Assembly (NCBI GenBank): GCA_964494945.1
Contig: CAZBTX010000001.1
Location: 67,088-131,087, forward strand
Reading direction: 5' to 3'
Origin: an uncultured Candidatus Saccharibacteria bacterium
Lineage (GTDB): Bacteria > Patescibacteriota > Minisyncoccia > Sungbacterales > JACQCQ01
Length of the DNA stretch: 64,000 bases
Made by a program: the position numbers and the translations under genes. Of this stretch, positions 49,132 to 57,950 are shown one piece after another (the first letter of the stretch is position 1; each line of letters starts with the position of its first letter). The notes under the pieces are model-generated. The model was not told the origin of the DNA, did not search any database, and worked only from the letters and a program-made list of their open reading frames with translations.

Positions 49132-50236
49132 AGCCTAGATATTTGATAGCCATCCTAATTCTCCCCTGAACCTTATCTATATCCGTTGTTCCAGTAGAAA
49201 TATAGGATTTAAAACTCTCATTAGTCTTTAGTTTATTGTATTTCTTCTTGAGATCCTGGTCATTTTTATTAAGTAATATAGATGCAACTCCTACAGAAAC
49301 TGCGTCAAAAAGAGCTACATTAATTCCGGCTTTTATTCGGAAAGCATCTTTACCAATTTTCTTATACACAGTATTCATCACTTTAATGAAAATATTTTTA
49401 TATTTTTCTTGATCACCCTCAGATATATTACTTTTACTTTTCATGAAATCGGTTATAAAATCCTTCATAGGTTTTTTATAAGTCCTCCAACCATAATAGA
49501 GTGCAAAAAAACGAAGGATCATCTCTATGTCCTTCATACGTGTGTCTGATGTTGGCCTCTTGAGCAATTTCCTCCAGCTATCACATTGATTTAATGTGTG
49601 AAGAAATGAATTTATTTCTCCCTGAATAACTGCATTCCTTATTTCCTGTTGATTCAAAGGCATACCTCCCGTATTAAGGCGATAAAAAATTTCATAAATA
49701 CTTCTCTTATCTTGTGGATCAATCTGCTCAAAGACTGTGGCACGCAAAACTGTATTATTTAATTTACGTTTATCGGCGTCTGAAAGTTCTGCAAATAGCT
49801 TATTATTCCAAGGAGAATGCACTTCTTTTAGACGAAATGGGGCTCCATTTTCAAATGAACCCCTCAAATAGTACAGAATTGTCTTTAATCTCTGCTGTCC
49901 GTCAACTACAATTAGCTTTTCATCACCTTCTTTATACAGAAATACTTGAGGAACTGGGAGCCCAAGAAGAAATGATTCAATTAATTTACTAGCTTTTCGT
50001 TCGGGCCAAACATATTTTCTCTGAATAGTAGGCACATAGATATCCCCGTTAGAAAGCTGTTTAACCAAAACTTCAAGAGTATAGTCGGCCCCATAGGTCC
50101 TAATCTTATAAGAAGCTACATCTTCTTCTGAATCACGTTCTTCCGATTGGAGTTTCTCCAATACTAAATCCGATGCGGTTTGTTCATCCTCTATAGTATG
50201 CTCTGTTACAATAATTTTAACTCTTTTCTTCTTCAT
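49118..50236 (-). CDS. DUF262 (ParB-like, DGQQR-motif) domain protein, 372 aa, with no fused DUF1524/HNH nuclease
   Basis: Motifs LIVVDGQQRLKT and FYRLNTGGMPLNQQEIRNA are characteristic of the DUF262 N-domain of GmrSD-type enzymes. Confidence 0.7.
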   Translation of the reverse strand: MKKKRVKIIVTEHTIEDEQTASDLVLEKLQSEERDSEEDVASYKIRTYGADYTLEVLVKQLSNGDIYVPTIQRKYVWPERKASKLIESFLLGLPVPQVFLYKEGDEKLIVVDGQQRLKTILYYLRGSFENGAPFRLKEVHSPWNNKLFAELSDADKRKLNNTVLRATVFEQIDPQDKRSIYEIFYRLNTGGMPLNQQEIRNAVIQGEINSFLHTLNQCDSWRKLLKRPTSDTRMKDIEMILRFFALYYGWRTYKKPMKDFITDFMKSKSNISEGDQEKYKNIFIKVMNTVYKKIGKDAFRIKAGINVALFDAVSVGVASILLNKNDQDLKKKYNKLKTNESFKSYISTGTTDIDKVQGRIRMAIKYLGYEKS

Positions 50237-50276
50237 ACTTGTGGGCAGTGCAGGATTCTCACGATGACTATCGGGA

Positions 50277-50314
50277 TCCCGACTTCTTTATTTTATATCT
50301 GAATGTGCGTCGGG
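50277..50314. promoter_or_regulatory. Promoter-like element tcccgacttc-(AT-rich with TATAAAA on minus)-gtgcgtcggg upstream of the DUF262 operon. Direct repeat of 50720-50760.
   Basis: Shared 10-bp ends that are inverted repeats of each other (cccgac/gtcggg) flank an AT-rich -10-like box. Confidence 0.45.
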
Positions 50315-50348
50315 AGAACTTTTACGTAGGCACAGGGCCGCCTGATTT

Positions 50349-50433
50349 TAATTCTGATGGGCAGGGTGAGAGTCGAACTCACAGGGCCATTTAAGACAGC
50401 GGATTTACAGTCCGCCCCCGCCCCCTACGGGTC
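50349..50433 (-). tRNA. tRNA-Tyr (anticodon GTA), long variable arm
   Basis: Minus strand: acceptor GGGCAGG/CCTGCCC, anticodon stem GCGGA/TCCGC with loop containing GTA, T-arm GTGAG-TTCGACT-CTCAC. The D-arm assignment is less clean. Confidence 0.75.
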
Positions 50434-50573
50434 TACCTGCCCATATATTATCTAGATTTTTAAGAGCTTCCATAGCCCATACCTTTTGCCAAGAGCCGAG
50501 GGCGAGATTCACCTAGACCGCTGACTGCGTCAGCAGTCGGCCAAGGGAACTCGCGACCTGTTTATCCCGTTAG

Positions 50574-50645
50574 AGCCGACCCCGAGATTCGAACTCGGAA
50601 CCTACGGTTTACAAAACCGTTGCTCTACCATTGAGCTAGGTCGGC
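50574..50645 (-). tRNA. tRNA-Thr (anticodon TGT)
   Basis: Minus strand GCCGACCTAGCTCAATGGTAGAGCAACGGTTTTGTAAACCGTAGGTTCCGAGTTCGAATCTCGGGGTCGGCT. All four stems pair. Flanked by the 10-bp inverted repeat cccgttagag / ctctaacggg. Confidence 0.9.
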
Positions 50646-50719
50646 TCTAACGGGACTGGCGCAAAACAGTTGCACTGCCTACCGGCGGGCAGGTCTACCG
50701 CTCCGACGTTTAGTCAGAG

Positions 50720-50760
50720 TCCCGACTTCACTTCTTAAAATTATACAATAGTGCGTCGGG
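50720..50760. promoter_or_regulatory. Promoter-like element upstream of the tRNA-Thr/Tyr operon (minus strand, extended -10 TTGTATAAT). Direct repeat of 50277-50314.
   Basis: Minus-strand reading is cccgacgcactattgtataattttaagaagtgaagtcggg. Confidence 0.5.
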
Positions 50761-50777
50761 GCTGAGCTAAGGTGGCG

Positions 50778-51188
50778 CTAATTTTTATGAGGAGCTTCGT
50801 CTTTGGCTTTTAATTCATCCCAGTATTCTGGACCGGGAGTTTGTTCGGCAACGGCTTCGTGCTCATGTGTAACGCCATTTTTGTGCGCTTCGTACCTAAT
50901 GTTCAGAAACTGTATCAGATTGAACAAAACTCTTTCAAGCCGCAAGAGACCAATACGTACCCACCGAAGCGCCCGAAGCGAAACGCAAAATATTGGGTCC
51001 CAATATTCCCCTTCTTTTATCCAGGCCTTAATGCGAAGTACTCTGATATGCAACCTGGCCGACCCCTGGTCAAAGTAATCGTCTATCACTTGCCGGGGTG
51101 TCGCCAACACCATCGGAATTTTCCGCGTAATTACCAACGACGCCCCAACCACTCCAATGATAAATAGTATAAGTAAGAACCAGAGCAT
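50778..51188 (-). CDS. Hypothetical membrane-anchored protein (136 aa)
   Basis: N-terminal TM helix. No motif recognised. Confidence 0.35.
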   Translation of the reverse strand: MLWFLLILFIIGVVGASLVITRKIPMVLATPRQVIDDYFDQGSARLHIRVLRIKAWIKEGEYWDPIFCVSLRALRWVRIGLLRLERVLFNLIQFLNIRYEAHKNGVTHEHEAVAEQTPGPEYWDELKAKDEAPHKN

Positions 51189-51192
51189 CCCG

Positions 51193-51690
51193 TTAAATAG
51201 AATAGCGAATAAATTTGCCTACTTTGATATTTTCTCCGAATTTTCCGATAGCCCCCTCGATTAGGTCCGCGATTTTTTTACTGGGGTCTTTAACGAAGGG
51301 CTGGGACAAAAGCGAAACTTCGTCTTTTTCTGAAGCCGGCATGTCGGCAGGCGCTTCTTCCGGTAAGCGATACAAAGGATTCATAGCCGCGATATGCAAG
51401 GCAATGTCGTGAGCTAGCGCTTTGAACTCAGGATTCCTGGCGACAAAATCCGTCTCGCAATTCAATTCCAGCATTACGCCGACTTTGGCGTTCGGGTGGA
51501 GATAAACGTCTATCAAACCGGCTTTGGTGTCACGGCCAGCTTTTTTCTCCGCCATACTGCCAAAGCGCTTCAATAAAACCTTCTCGGCTTTGGCCATATC
51601 ACCTTCGGCTTCTTCCAGGGCCTTTTTGCACTCCATCACCGAAACGCCCGTGCGTTCGCGGAGTTCTTTTATGACGTCGCTTGATGCCAT
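51193..51690 (-). CDS. tsf: Elongation factor Ts (short form). Start placed at MASSDVIKELRE (51690); the track ORF extends to 51768 and overlaps rpsB.
   Basis: IKELRERTGVSVMECKKALEEAEGDMAKA is the EF-Ts N-terminal UBA-like signature. Confidence 0.85.
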   Translation of the reverse strand: MASSDVIKELRERTGVSVMECKKALEEAEGDMAKAEKVLLKRFGSMAEKKAGRDTKAGLIDVYLHPNAKVGVMLELNCETDFVARNPEFKALAHDIALHIAAMNPLYRLPEEAPADMPASEKDEVSLLSQPFVKDPSKKIADLIEGAIGKFGENIKVGKFIRYSI

Positions 51691-51700
51691 TGTATTCAGC

Positions 51701-52537
51701 TTATTTGGCTTCTTCTTTGAGTGCCTCCTTGGCGGCGGCCGCGACTTCTGCTTCTCTTTCTTTAGCAATTACTTCGGCTCGCTTATATTCAGCTTGCCCG
51801 TTTATTGCGGCCTCGGCAAATCTTTCTGCCATATATTGAACCGCTAAACGTGCGTCGTCATTAGACGGAACGGGATACTGAATTGAATTCGGGTCGCAGT
51901 TGGTATCGCAAAGCGCCACTATGGGAATTCGCATGCGCCTGGCTTCTGATACGGCCAGTTTGTCTTGGGTTGTATCAATCACAATCACGGCATCCGGCAT
52001 TTTCTTTAATAGCCGAAGGCCGTTATATGTTTTCAAGAGCGATTGGTATTCGTCGTTGATGCGGGCGCGTTCTTGCTTGGTGTATTTTTCCAGGTCGCCG
52101 GAAGCAGTGCGTTTTTCAATATCTTCCATATCGGCTATGCGTTTGGCGATTACCTTGAAATTGGTAAGCAATCCGCCAACCCAGCGTGAAGATATCCAGG
52201 GCATATTTGTCTTACCGGCTGCCTCGTCAACGGCGGCGCGAGCCGAAGCCCGAGTACCAACCCAAAGTATGAGTCCGCCGCGGGCGGTAATACTTTGGAG
52301 AAATGCTTCGGCTTTGGCCAGATATTCGCGCGTTTTTACCACATCAATTATCTGGACATTGCTTCTGGTGGTAAAGATAAAAGGCCTCATGGCGGGATGG
52401 GTCTTGGATTTGACGTGGCCTACGTGAACCCCCGCCTTCATCAAGGTCTGGAGCTCGTCGTCCGCCAGTAGGTCGTGCTTAAATTCTTGGCCCAAAATGC
52501 TATCCATATGAATTATGCCGCCTTTCGGCGCACCCAA
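51701..52537 (-). CDS. rpsB: 30S ribosomal protein S2 (start possibly at internal Met 52507)
   Basis: LMKAGVHVGH ... IFTTRSNVQIIDVVKT consensus. Confidence 0.9.
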   Translation of the reverse strand: MGAPKGGIIHMDSILGQEFKHDLLADDELQTLMKAGVHVGHVKSKTHPAMRPFIFTTRSNVQIIDVVKTREYLAKAEAFLQSITARGGLILWVGTRASARAAVDEAAGKTNMPWISSRWVGGLLTNFKVIAKRIADMEDIEKRTASGDLEKYTKQERARINDEYQSLLKTYNGLRLLKKMPDAVIVIDTTQDKLAVSEARRMRIPIVALCDTNCDPNSIQYPVPSNDDARLAVQYMAERFAEAAINGQAEYKRAEVIAKEREAEVAAAAKEALKEEAK

Positions 52538-52676
52538 GTATGGTAGCCGAAAATGGGTTTTAAGGCAAGATAGAGCCAGATAATGGCGGGAGCGGCTTTA
52601 CCCCTACACCGTGCGGGCTTAGACCCACGGTGTGGGGATTTACAGATACGTTAATTTTGGGTAGAATATCCGAGTT

Positions 52677-52883
52677 ATGAAAAGGGGAATCCATCCGACA
52701 TATTCAAATAAGGCCGTAATTCAGTGCGCCTGCGGGAATGTCATAAAGACCGGCTCCACTAAAGAAAAACAGGAAATTGAGATCTGCTGGCATTGCCATC
52801 CATTTTACACCGGTAAATCAAAATTGATTGACGCCGCCGGCCGCGTGGAGCGCTTCAGGGAACGCCTCAAGAAGCGTAAATAA
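52677..52883 (+). CDS. rpmE: 50S ribosomal protein L31
   Basis: MKRGIHPTY ... CACGN ... CWHCHPFYTGK zinc-ribbon form. Confidence 0.9.
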   Translation: MKRGIHPTYSNKAVIQCACGNVIKTGSTKEKQEIEICWHCHPFYTGKSKLIDAAGRVERFRERLKKRK

Positions 52884-52884
52884 C

Positions 52885-52990
52885 AAAATTTCTAATCCAT
52901 AATTTCTAGTCAAATCCTAATGACTAATTTTTATGTGTTGGGTTTTCCGGCATTCATTAGAAATTAGTGATTAGATATTAGATATTGAAG
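52885..52990. repeat. AT-rich palindromic spacer element of the aatttctaat / aatgactaat family
   Basis: aatttctaat (52888) pairs with attagaaatt (52956). tcctaatgactaat is shared with the 10003 copy. Confidence 0.65.
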
Positions 52991-53013
52991 GATCTATTCC
53001 GAATATAACAGAG

Positions 53014-54039
53014 ATGAATCTCTCCGAAATCTCGCAGGAAATTGAGGAACTCACCAAAAGGCTCTCTGACCCTGGGTTTCTTTCAAATTCGGCGGATGCC
53101 AAAGCTGCCGGGCAGAAACTCCAGAAGCTTCAGAAAAAGCTGGAACTTTTAGAGTTACTGGAGAAAACCAGAAAAAATCTGGCGGAAACCAGGGCCATGC
53201 TAAAAGAGAAGCTTGACCCATCTTTATTGGATGTAGCCAAACAAGATGAAGCCGATCTGATATACGAAGAAAATAAGCTAAGACAAGAGTTGGAAGGCCT
53301 GGAGAAAGAACCGGAAAAAGAACTGCCGTCTGACGTTATCATGGAAATCCGCGCGGGAGCCGGTGGAGAAGAAGCGTCGCTATTCGCTATGGAACTTTTT
53401 AATATGTACTCCAAGTTTGCCGAGTCAAAAAAATGGGATACTAATCTTATTTCCAGCTCCGCCTCAGAAATTGGTGGATACAAAGAAGTTATTTTCGAAA
53501 TAAACGGGCCGGATGCCTATAAAATGTTGCGCCAGGAATCAGGCGTGCATAGGGTTCAGCGCATTCCGGCAACGGAAAAACAAGGCAGAATCCATACTTC
53601 CACCGCATCCATAGCGGTATTGCCCAAGGTCAAAGATATTGACGTGGAAATCAGGCCAGCCGACATTAAGGTTGAGTTTTATCGCTCTTCCGGCCCCGGC
53701 GGACAAAATGTAAATAAGGTGGAAACGGCGGTGCGCATCACGCACTTGCCAACGGGATTTGTCATCACTTCTCAAGAAGGCCGTTCGCAATTAAAGAACC
53801 GCGAACGCGCCATGTCGTTGTTGCGTGCCCGCATTTACGACATACAGCGCGAAGCCGAAGAAAAGAAATTATCCGCCGAGCGGAGATCTCAAATTGGCAC
53901 AGCCGATAGGTCAGAAAAAATCCGCACTTATAATTTCCCACAAGACCGCGTCACCGACCACCGCGTTAACCAAAGTTGGCATAATATTGAGTCCATTATG
54001 CAAGGTAAACTGGACGACATCATCTCGGCTTTCCAATAA
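53014..54039 (+). CDS. prfA: Peptide chain release factor 1
   Basis: RVQRIPATEKQGRIHTS (PxT motif) and GGQNVNKVETAVRITHLPTG (GGQ motif). Confidence 0.95.
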   Translation: MNLSEISQEIEELTKRLSDPGFLSNSADAKAAGQKLQKLQKKLELLELLEKTRKNLAETRAMLKEKLDPSLLDVAKQDEADLIYEENKLRQELEGLEKEPEKELPSDVIMEIRAGAGGEEASLFAMELFNMYSKFAESKKWDTNLISSSASEIGGYKEVIFEINGPDAYKMLRQESGVHRVQRIPATEKQGRIHTSTASIAVLPKVKDIDVEIRPADIKVEFYRSSGPGGQNVNKVETAVRITHLPTGFVITSQEGRSQLKNRERAMSLLRARIYDIQREAEEKKLSAERRSQIGTADRSEKIRTYNFPQDRVTDHRVNQSWHNIESIMQGKLDDIISAFQ

Positions 54040-54137
54040 CAACTTACCGATACTATATTTCCCCCATACCATATATGTTTCCCATAGGAAACATATATGG
54101 TATGGGGGTTCGGTAATTCAGAGGTTTGAAGCTCGTC

Positions 54138-55490
54138 TTAGAGGGCGCGTTCAATCTCTTGTGATAAGGAATAAACGCGATTAGCGTATGAGATACACGC
54201 GTATCTGGCACTGCCCGCCGCCGGACAGTTGGGCCTGCCGCTGATATAGGTGCGGGCGGCGGCTATTTCACCGGATTTTGTTTGCGATTTAGCGCCGGCA
54301 TCCGCCAGAAAAAGTGCCGAAGCCGTAAATGAGTCCTCCACGTTCCAGGGATTAGCGATGCTTTTCCCCAGTATTGAAGCTACGCGATTAGAAAACAAAA
54401 GCCAGGTGGTGGGTATGAATTGCGCGGGTCCCATGGCTCCGCCACAGCCATAATTAGGACGCCTGGATACCGGCATTTTATCGGGGTCCAAACCGAGAGC
54501 CGTCGTTATCTTAAAAAATGCCGCCTTTTGATTTTCTGCCGTAGAGCGCTTTCCCAAATTGATGTAGCACTGATACATGTCAGTGGACCAATTCCCCTTA
54601 CCAACATTATGCCCCACCGTGATTTGACCGTTCTCAAATTGCTTGCCTGTTTCAACCTCTAATAATCCCAAAAGAAACGCTTGTCTTATGCCGGTACGGT
54701 CCGCAGCCAGTTTTGAGTATTTCAGTGCGTCTTCGGCGGAAATACCCGTGCTTTCAAGATAAAAAAGTTTGCCGCGGATGGTGGCGATGTCCGTTTTTTT
54801 CTTTTTCAGCAATTCTTGAAAAAGCGACTCTTTACCCTGGGTCAGTTTTAACAGCTGGTCGCGCTCTAAACGCTTTTGTGAAAGCGAGCGCTTGTCCACT
54901 TCCTGGATGGCCTTAGCCGCTTCCTGCCCTTCGCGGAAATCCTCAAGTTCGATTTTCTCCTGCTCCAATGACTTTTTGTAGTCGCGCAATTCCGCTATCT
55001 TATTCTGTATCGTCTCCTGCAGTTTTTCGTTATTGTTCAGAACTAAAAAGAATTCTGATAAGCTTTGATTTTTAAGCATTAATTCCAAAAGGTTTTCACC
55101 TCCTCTTTGCGCCAATTCCTTAACGGCAGCACCTAGTTCTCTTTGCGTGACACCAATTTTTAGTGTTGTCTGTTTTATATTTGATATTTTACGTGCGATA
55201 TCGGTTTCGGTTTGTTTAATAACCAGCGTTAAGCGGCGGATCTCCAATTCCCGGCGCTTTATCTCGTTATCTAAAAGCGCGATCTCGTTTTTTAGGGTGC
55301 GGGCCTGTCCTTGGATCTCCTGAATGTTCTGGTCCAAACCCGCGGCTTCTTTTTCCAGCTGATCCAGTTGTTTGGTAAGAGAGCTGCGCTCTTCCGGCGA
55401 AAGATTATCTTGGGCGCGTATAAAAACTGGCACTGAAAGCACCAGCGTTATAAAGAGATATGGAGTAATCTTTTTAAATAATGCCCACAT
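54138..55490 (-). CDS. Secreted coiled-coil protein with a C-terminal lytic transglycosylase (MltB/SLT_2-like) domain
   Basis: Signal/TM N-terminus, long heptad-like coiled coil, C-terminal GGAMGPAQFIPTTW motif. Confidence 0.65.
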   Translation of the reverse strand: MWALFKKITPYLFITLVLSVPVFIRAQDNLSPEERSSLTKQLDQLEKEAAGLDQNIQEIQGQARTLKNEIALLDNEIKRRELEIRRLTLVIKQTETDIARKISNIKQTTLKIGVTQRELGAAVKELAQRGGENLLELMLKNQSLSEFFLVLNNNEKLQETIQNKIAELRDYKKSLEQEKIELEDFREGQEAAKAIQEVDKRSLSQKRLERDQLLKLTQGKESLFQELLKKKKTDIATIRGKLFYLESTGISAEDALKYSKLAADRTGIRQAFLLGLLEVETGKQFENGQITVGHNVGKGNWSTDMYQCYINLGKRSTAENQKAAFFKITTALGLDPDKMPVSRRPNYGCGGAMGPAQFIPTTWLLFSNRVASILGKSIANPWNVEDSFTASALFLADAGAKSQTKSGEIAAARTYISGRPNCPAAGSARYACISYANRVYSLSQEIERAL

Positions 55491-55574
55491 AAAAAACAGC
55501 TTGCTACCAGCGGCTGCTTTAGATTATATCACAGAAAAACCCCCGACCTAGGTCGGGGGTTTTTCTGATTCAAA

Positions 55575-56270
55575 TCATTTTTTCTTTTCTTCTTCTACAA
55601 CTTCACCAGCCGCAGCTTTGGTCTCTTCATCGGCCTTTTTCTTGGCTTCCTGCTCGGTCATAACTTCAACAATCGCGGCTGGCTCGGCGGTTTCCAGCGC
55701 TTTTAATTCTTCTTCGGTCCTCGGCGGCTCCACAAGCACTATTACCTCTTCCGGATCAACAAGAAATTTAACACCGGGCGGGGCTTCTATGTCACGTAAA
55801 GTCAAACGGTCGTTAAGTTTTTCCAATCTGGAAAGGTCTACGTTAATTTGATGCGGCAGGTCTTTAGGAAGTGCTGCGATCTCAACTTCATGCATAACTT
55901 TTACCAGAACACCTGCCTCATTTTTGACTGCCGGCGACTCGCCTATAAATTCAAGTAGCACTTTGGTACGAAGCTCTTTGTCCATTTGCACGGCCAAAAA
56001 GTCGGCATGCAAGGGAGCTTCAGTAAGCGGGTCTATTGATACGTCATGTATTAAAACATTCAAAGATTTACCGTTTACCACTAAAGATACTAGCGTAGAT
56101 TCACCCGCTTCCTTAAAAACTTTTTTGAATGATTTGGTGGGTACCGCGATGGACTCGGTTTTTACCTTCCCGCCATAAACTACCGCGGGTAAAAGGCCGC
56201 GGCGGCGAAGCGCTTTAACGGATTTGCCCAATAGGGTTCTTTTTTCGGCTTCTAATGTGATCATGCCCAC
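55575..56270 (-). CDS. rplY: 50S ribosomal protein L25 / general stress protein Ctc
   Basis: MITLEAEKRTLLGKSVKALRRRGLLPAVVYGG consensus. Confidence 0.85.
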   Translation of the reverse strand: MGMITLEAEKRTLLGKSVKALRRRGLLPAVVYGGKVKTESIAVPTKSFKKVFKEAGESTLVSLVVNGKSLNVLIHDVSIDPLTEAPLHADFLAVQMDKELRTKVLLEFIGESPAVKNEAGVLVKVMHEVEIAALPKDLPHQINVDLSRLEKLNDRLTLRDIEAPPGVKFLVDPEEVIVLVEPPRTEEELKALETAEPAAIVEVMTEQEAKKKADEETKAAAGEVVEEEKKK

Positions 56271-56367
56271 TTAAGTTCTTGCCATTCAGTTTTATGGGCC
56301 CGCCCCGGCAAAAACTTAGGCGGGCATAGGCGCGAGAATTATGTTATCACATAAAATTAAAAAAGAG

Positions 56368-56396
56368 AAGGTCAGGGCGCGAAGCGCCCTGACCTT
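56368..56396. terminator. Perfect hairpin aaggtcagggcgc-gaa-gcgccctgacctt with a T-tract on the minus strand. Terminator of the 56425-56805 gene.
   Basis: Seen in sequence. Confidence 0.75.
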
Positions 56397-56424
56397 GGAC
56401 AGAAGTCGGCGACTTAATGTCGCT

Positions 56425-56805
56425 CTATGGCACCATCGGAAATAGGAGCGAACGCGCACTTAGCTGTTTAGGCGCGAGGCCCTCAATGATGGCGGCTAGG
56501 ACCCGCGGGGTGATATGCAGGGTGTGTAGAACTTGCACTTGGCTATAGATAGCACTGGGAGCGCAGCCGACGTGGCAGTCCGTGTAGACGATAACGCGAT
56601 CGCGAGGTAATGCGTTGAGAACCTCAATGATGGCCGCTACGTCCGTCTGGTCGGTAATGACGATATCAGGTTTCTCCTTCGCGATTACCTCACGAACGCG
56701 CCCGGCGGCACCTGGCGGCGCCATAACTTCAACACCGTCGAGACCGCTAAGGGCTTCCACCACTGGTCTGACCTCACCCGGCGAAAAGATCACAAGTACC
56801 TTCAA
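56425..56805 (-). CDS. Hypothetical 126-aa protein with an alternating beta-alpha (receiver/flavodoxin-like) pattern. High GC (~58%).
   Basis: ORF plus dedicated terminator. Composition is atypical. Confidence 0.45.
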   Translation of the reverse strand: MKVLVIFSPGEVRPVVEALSGLDGVEVMAPPGAAGRVREVIAKEKPDIVITDQTDVAAIIEVLNALPRDRVIVYTDCHVGCAPSAIYSQVQVLHTLHITPRVLAAIIEGLAPKQLSARSLLFPMVP

Positions 56806-56869
56806 GGGTCACCTCCCCACTGAATCTTTTACGGCTTGTAAGGTTTATATCAATAATTATCAAGGCCTG

Positions 56870-57868
56870 TCAAATATGAATGGCGTTGGGCGCGGGATTT
56901 CCTGCCAAAACTTCTAAAATATTCTTTGCCGCGACCTCACCCATTTTTTGCCGAGTTTCTTCCGTGGCCGAGGCAATATGCGGAGTAACGATAATGTTAT
57001 CTAAATCTTTCAACATCGGCTCCATGGCGGGCTCGTTCTCAAAAACATCAATGGCCGCACCCCTAATTATTTTGTCGCGCAGAGCTTCGGCCAGCGCTTT
57101 CTCGTCTACGATCGGCCCACGGGAAGTGTTCACTAAATAAGCCGTGGGTTTCATCAAGCGAAGCCGCTCGGCATTTACCAGATGATGCGTTGTCGGCAAA
57201 AGCGGCACGTGAATGGAAACAAAATCAGCTTCCTTAAAAATATCTTCAGGCGCGGCTCTAAACTCCGCCCCAACTTCTTTCTCAAAATCCCCGTTCCTTT
57301 TTACGTCGTAATACAAAACACGCATATCAAAGCCCTTAGCGCCGTGGTGTGCCACGCGGGAGCCAATCCTGCCGAGACCCACAATGCCCAGCGTTTTATG
57401 CGATAAATCAGTACCTAAAAGCAATTCCGGCTCCCAGCCGATATATTTCCCCGCGCGCATGAATTTGTCAGCTTCAGCCACCCTGTGCGCTATAGCAAGC
57501 ATTAGCGCGAAAGTATGTTCCGCTACAGTTTCTGTTAGAACATCCGGCGTATTTGATATGGTAATCCCTAATTCTTTAGCGGCTGCGACGTCAACGTTGT
57601 CATAACCCACAGCGTAATTGGCAACGATCTTGACGCTTCCCTTCCACGCCTCAAGCACTTCGAGGGTAACTTTATCCGTTAATTGCGTCAAAACCGCGTC
57701 CTGGTCTTTTCCGCCGTCAATTAATTCTGGCGGCGTTAACACGCGGTCATGCGGGCTAATTGTTATCTCATGCCCCGCTGACGTCAACATGTCTATGCCA
57801 TGATTTAGAATTTTTCTGGTGATGAAGATTCTCATGTTTGAACTCAAAACCCAAAGGGCAAAAATCAA
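56870..57868 (-). CDS. D-isomer-specific 2-hydroxyacid dehydrogenase (glyoxylate/hydroxypyruvate reductase-like)
   Basis: NAD-binding GLGRIGSRVA, catalytic-domain blocks. Confidence 0.8.
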   Translation of the reverse strand: MIFALWVLSSNMRIFITRKILNHGIDMLTSAGHEITISPHDRVLTPPELIDGGKDQDAVLTQLTDKVTLEVLEAWKGSVKIVANYAVGYDNVDVAAAKELGITISNTPDVLTETVAEHTFALMLAIAHRVAEADKFMRAGKYIGWEPELLLGTDLSHKTLGIVGLGRIGSRVAHHGAKGFDMRVLYYDVKRNGDFEKEVGAEFRAAPEDIFKEADFVSIHVPLLPTTHHLVNAERLRLMKPTAYLVNTSRGPIVDEKALAEALRDKIIRGAAIDVFENEPAMEPMLKDLDNIIVTPHIASATEETRQKMGEVAAKNILEVLAGNPAPNAIHI

Positions 57869-57950
57869 AAATTCAAGTTAGAAGTCAAAACTGAACGGGA
57901 ACTTTTGGATTTTGACTTGCACTTTTGTATTTTGATTTTTGACTTTTGAT
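57855..57950. repeat. AT-rich palindromic spacer (aaaatcaaaaattcaagttagaagtcaaaa ... ttttgacttttgatt)
   Basis: Seen in sequence. Confidence 0.5.

Noticed and set aside
50434-50573. 140-bp spacer between tRNA-Tyr and tRNA-Thr, examined for a third tRNA
   Set aside because: It contains the hairpins gctgactgcgtcagc and gactgcgtcagcagtc but no acceptor/T-arm combination. More likely processing or spacer structure.
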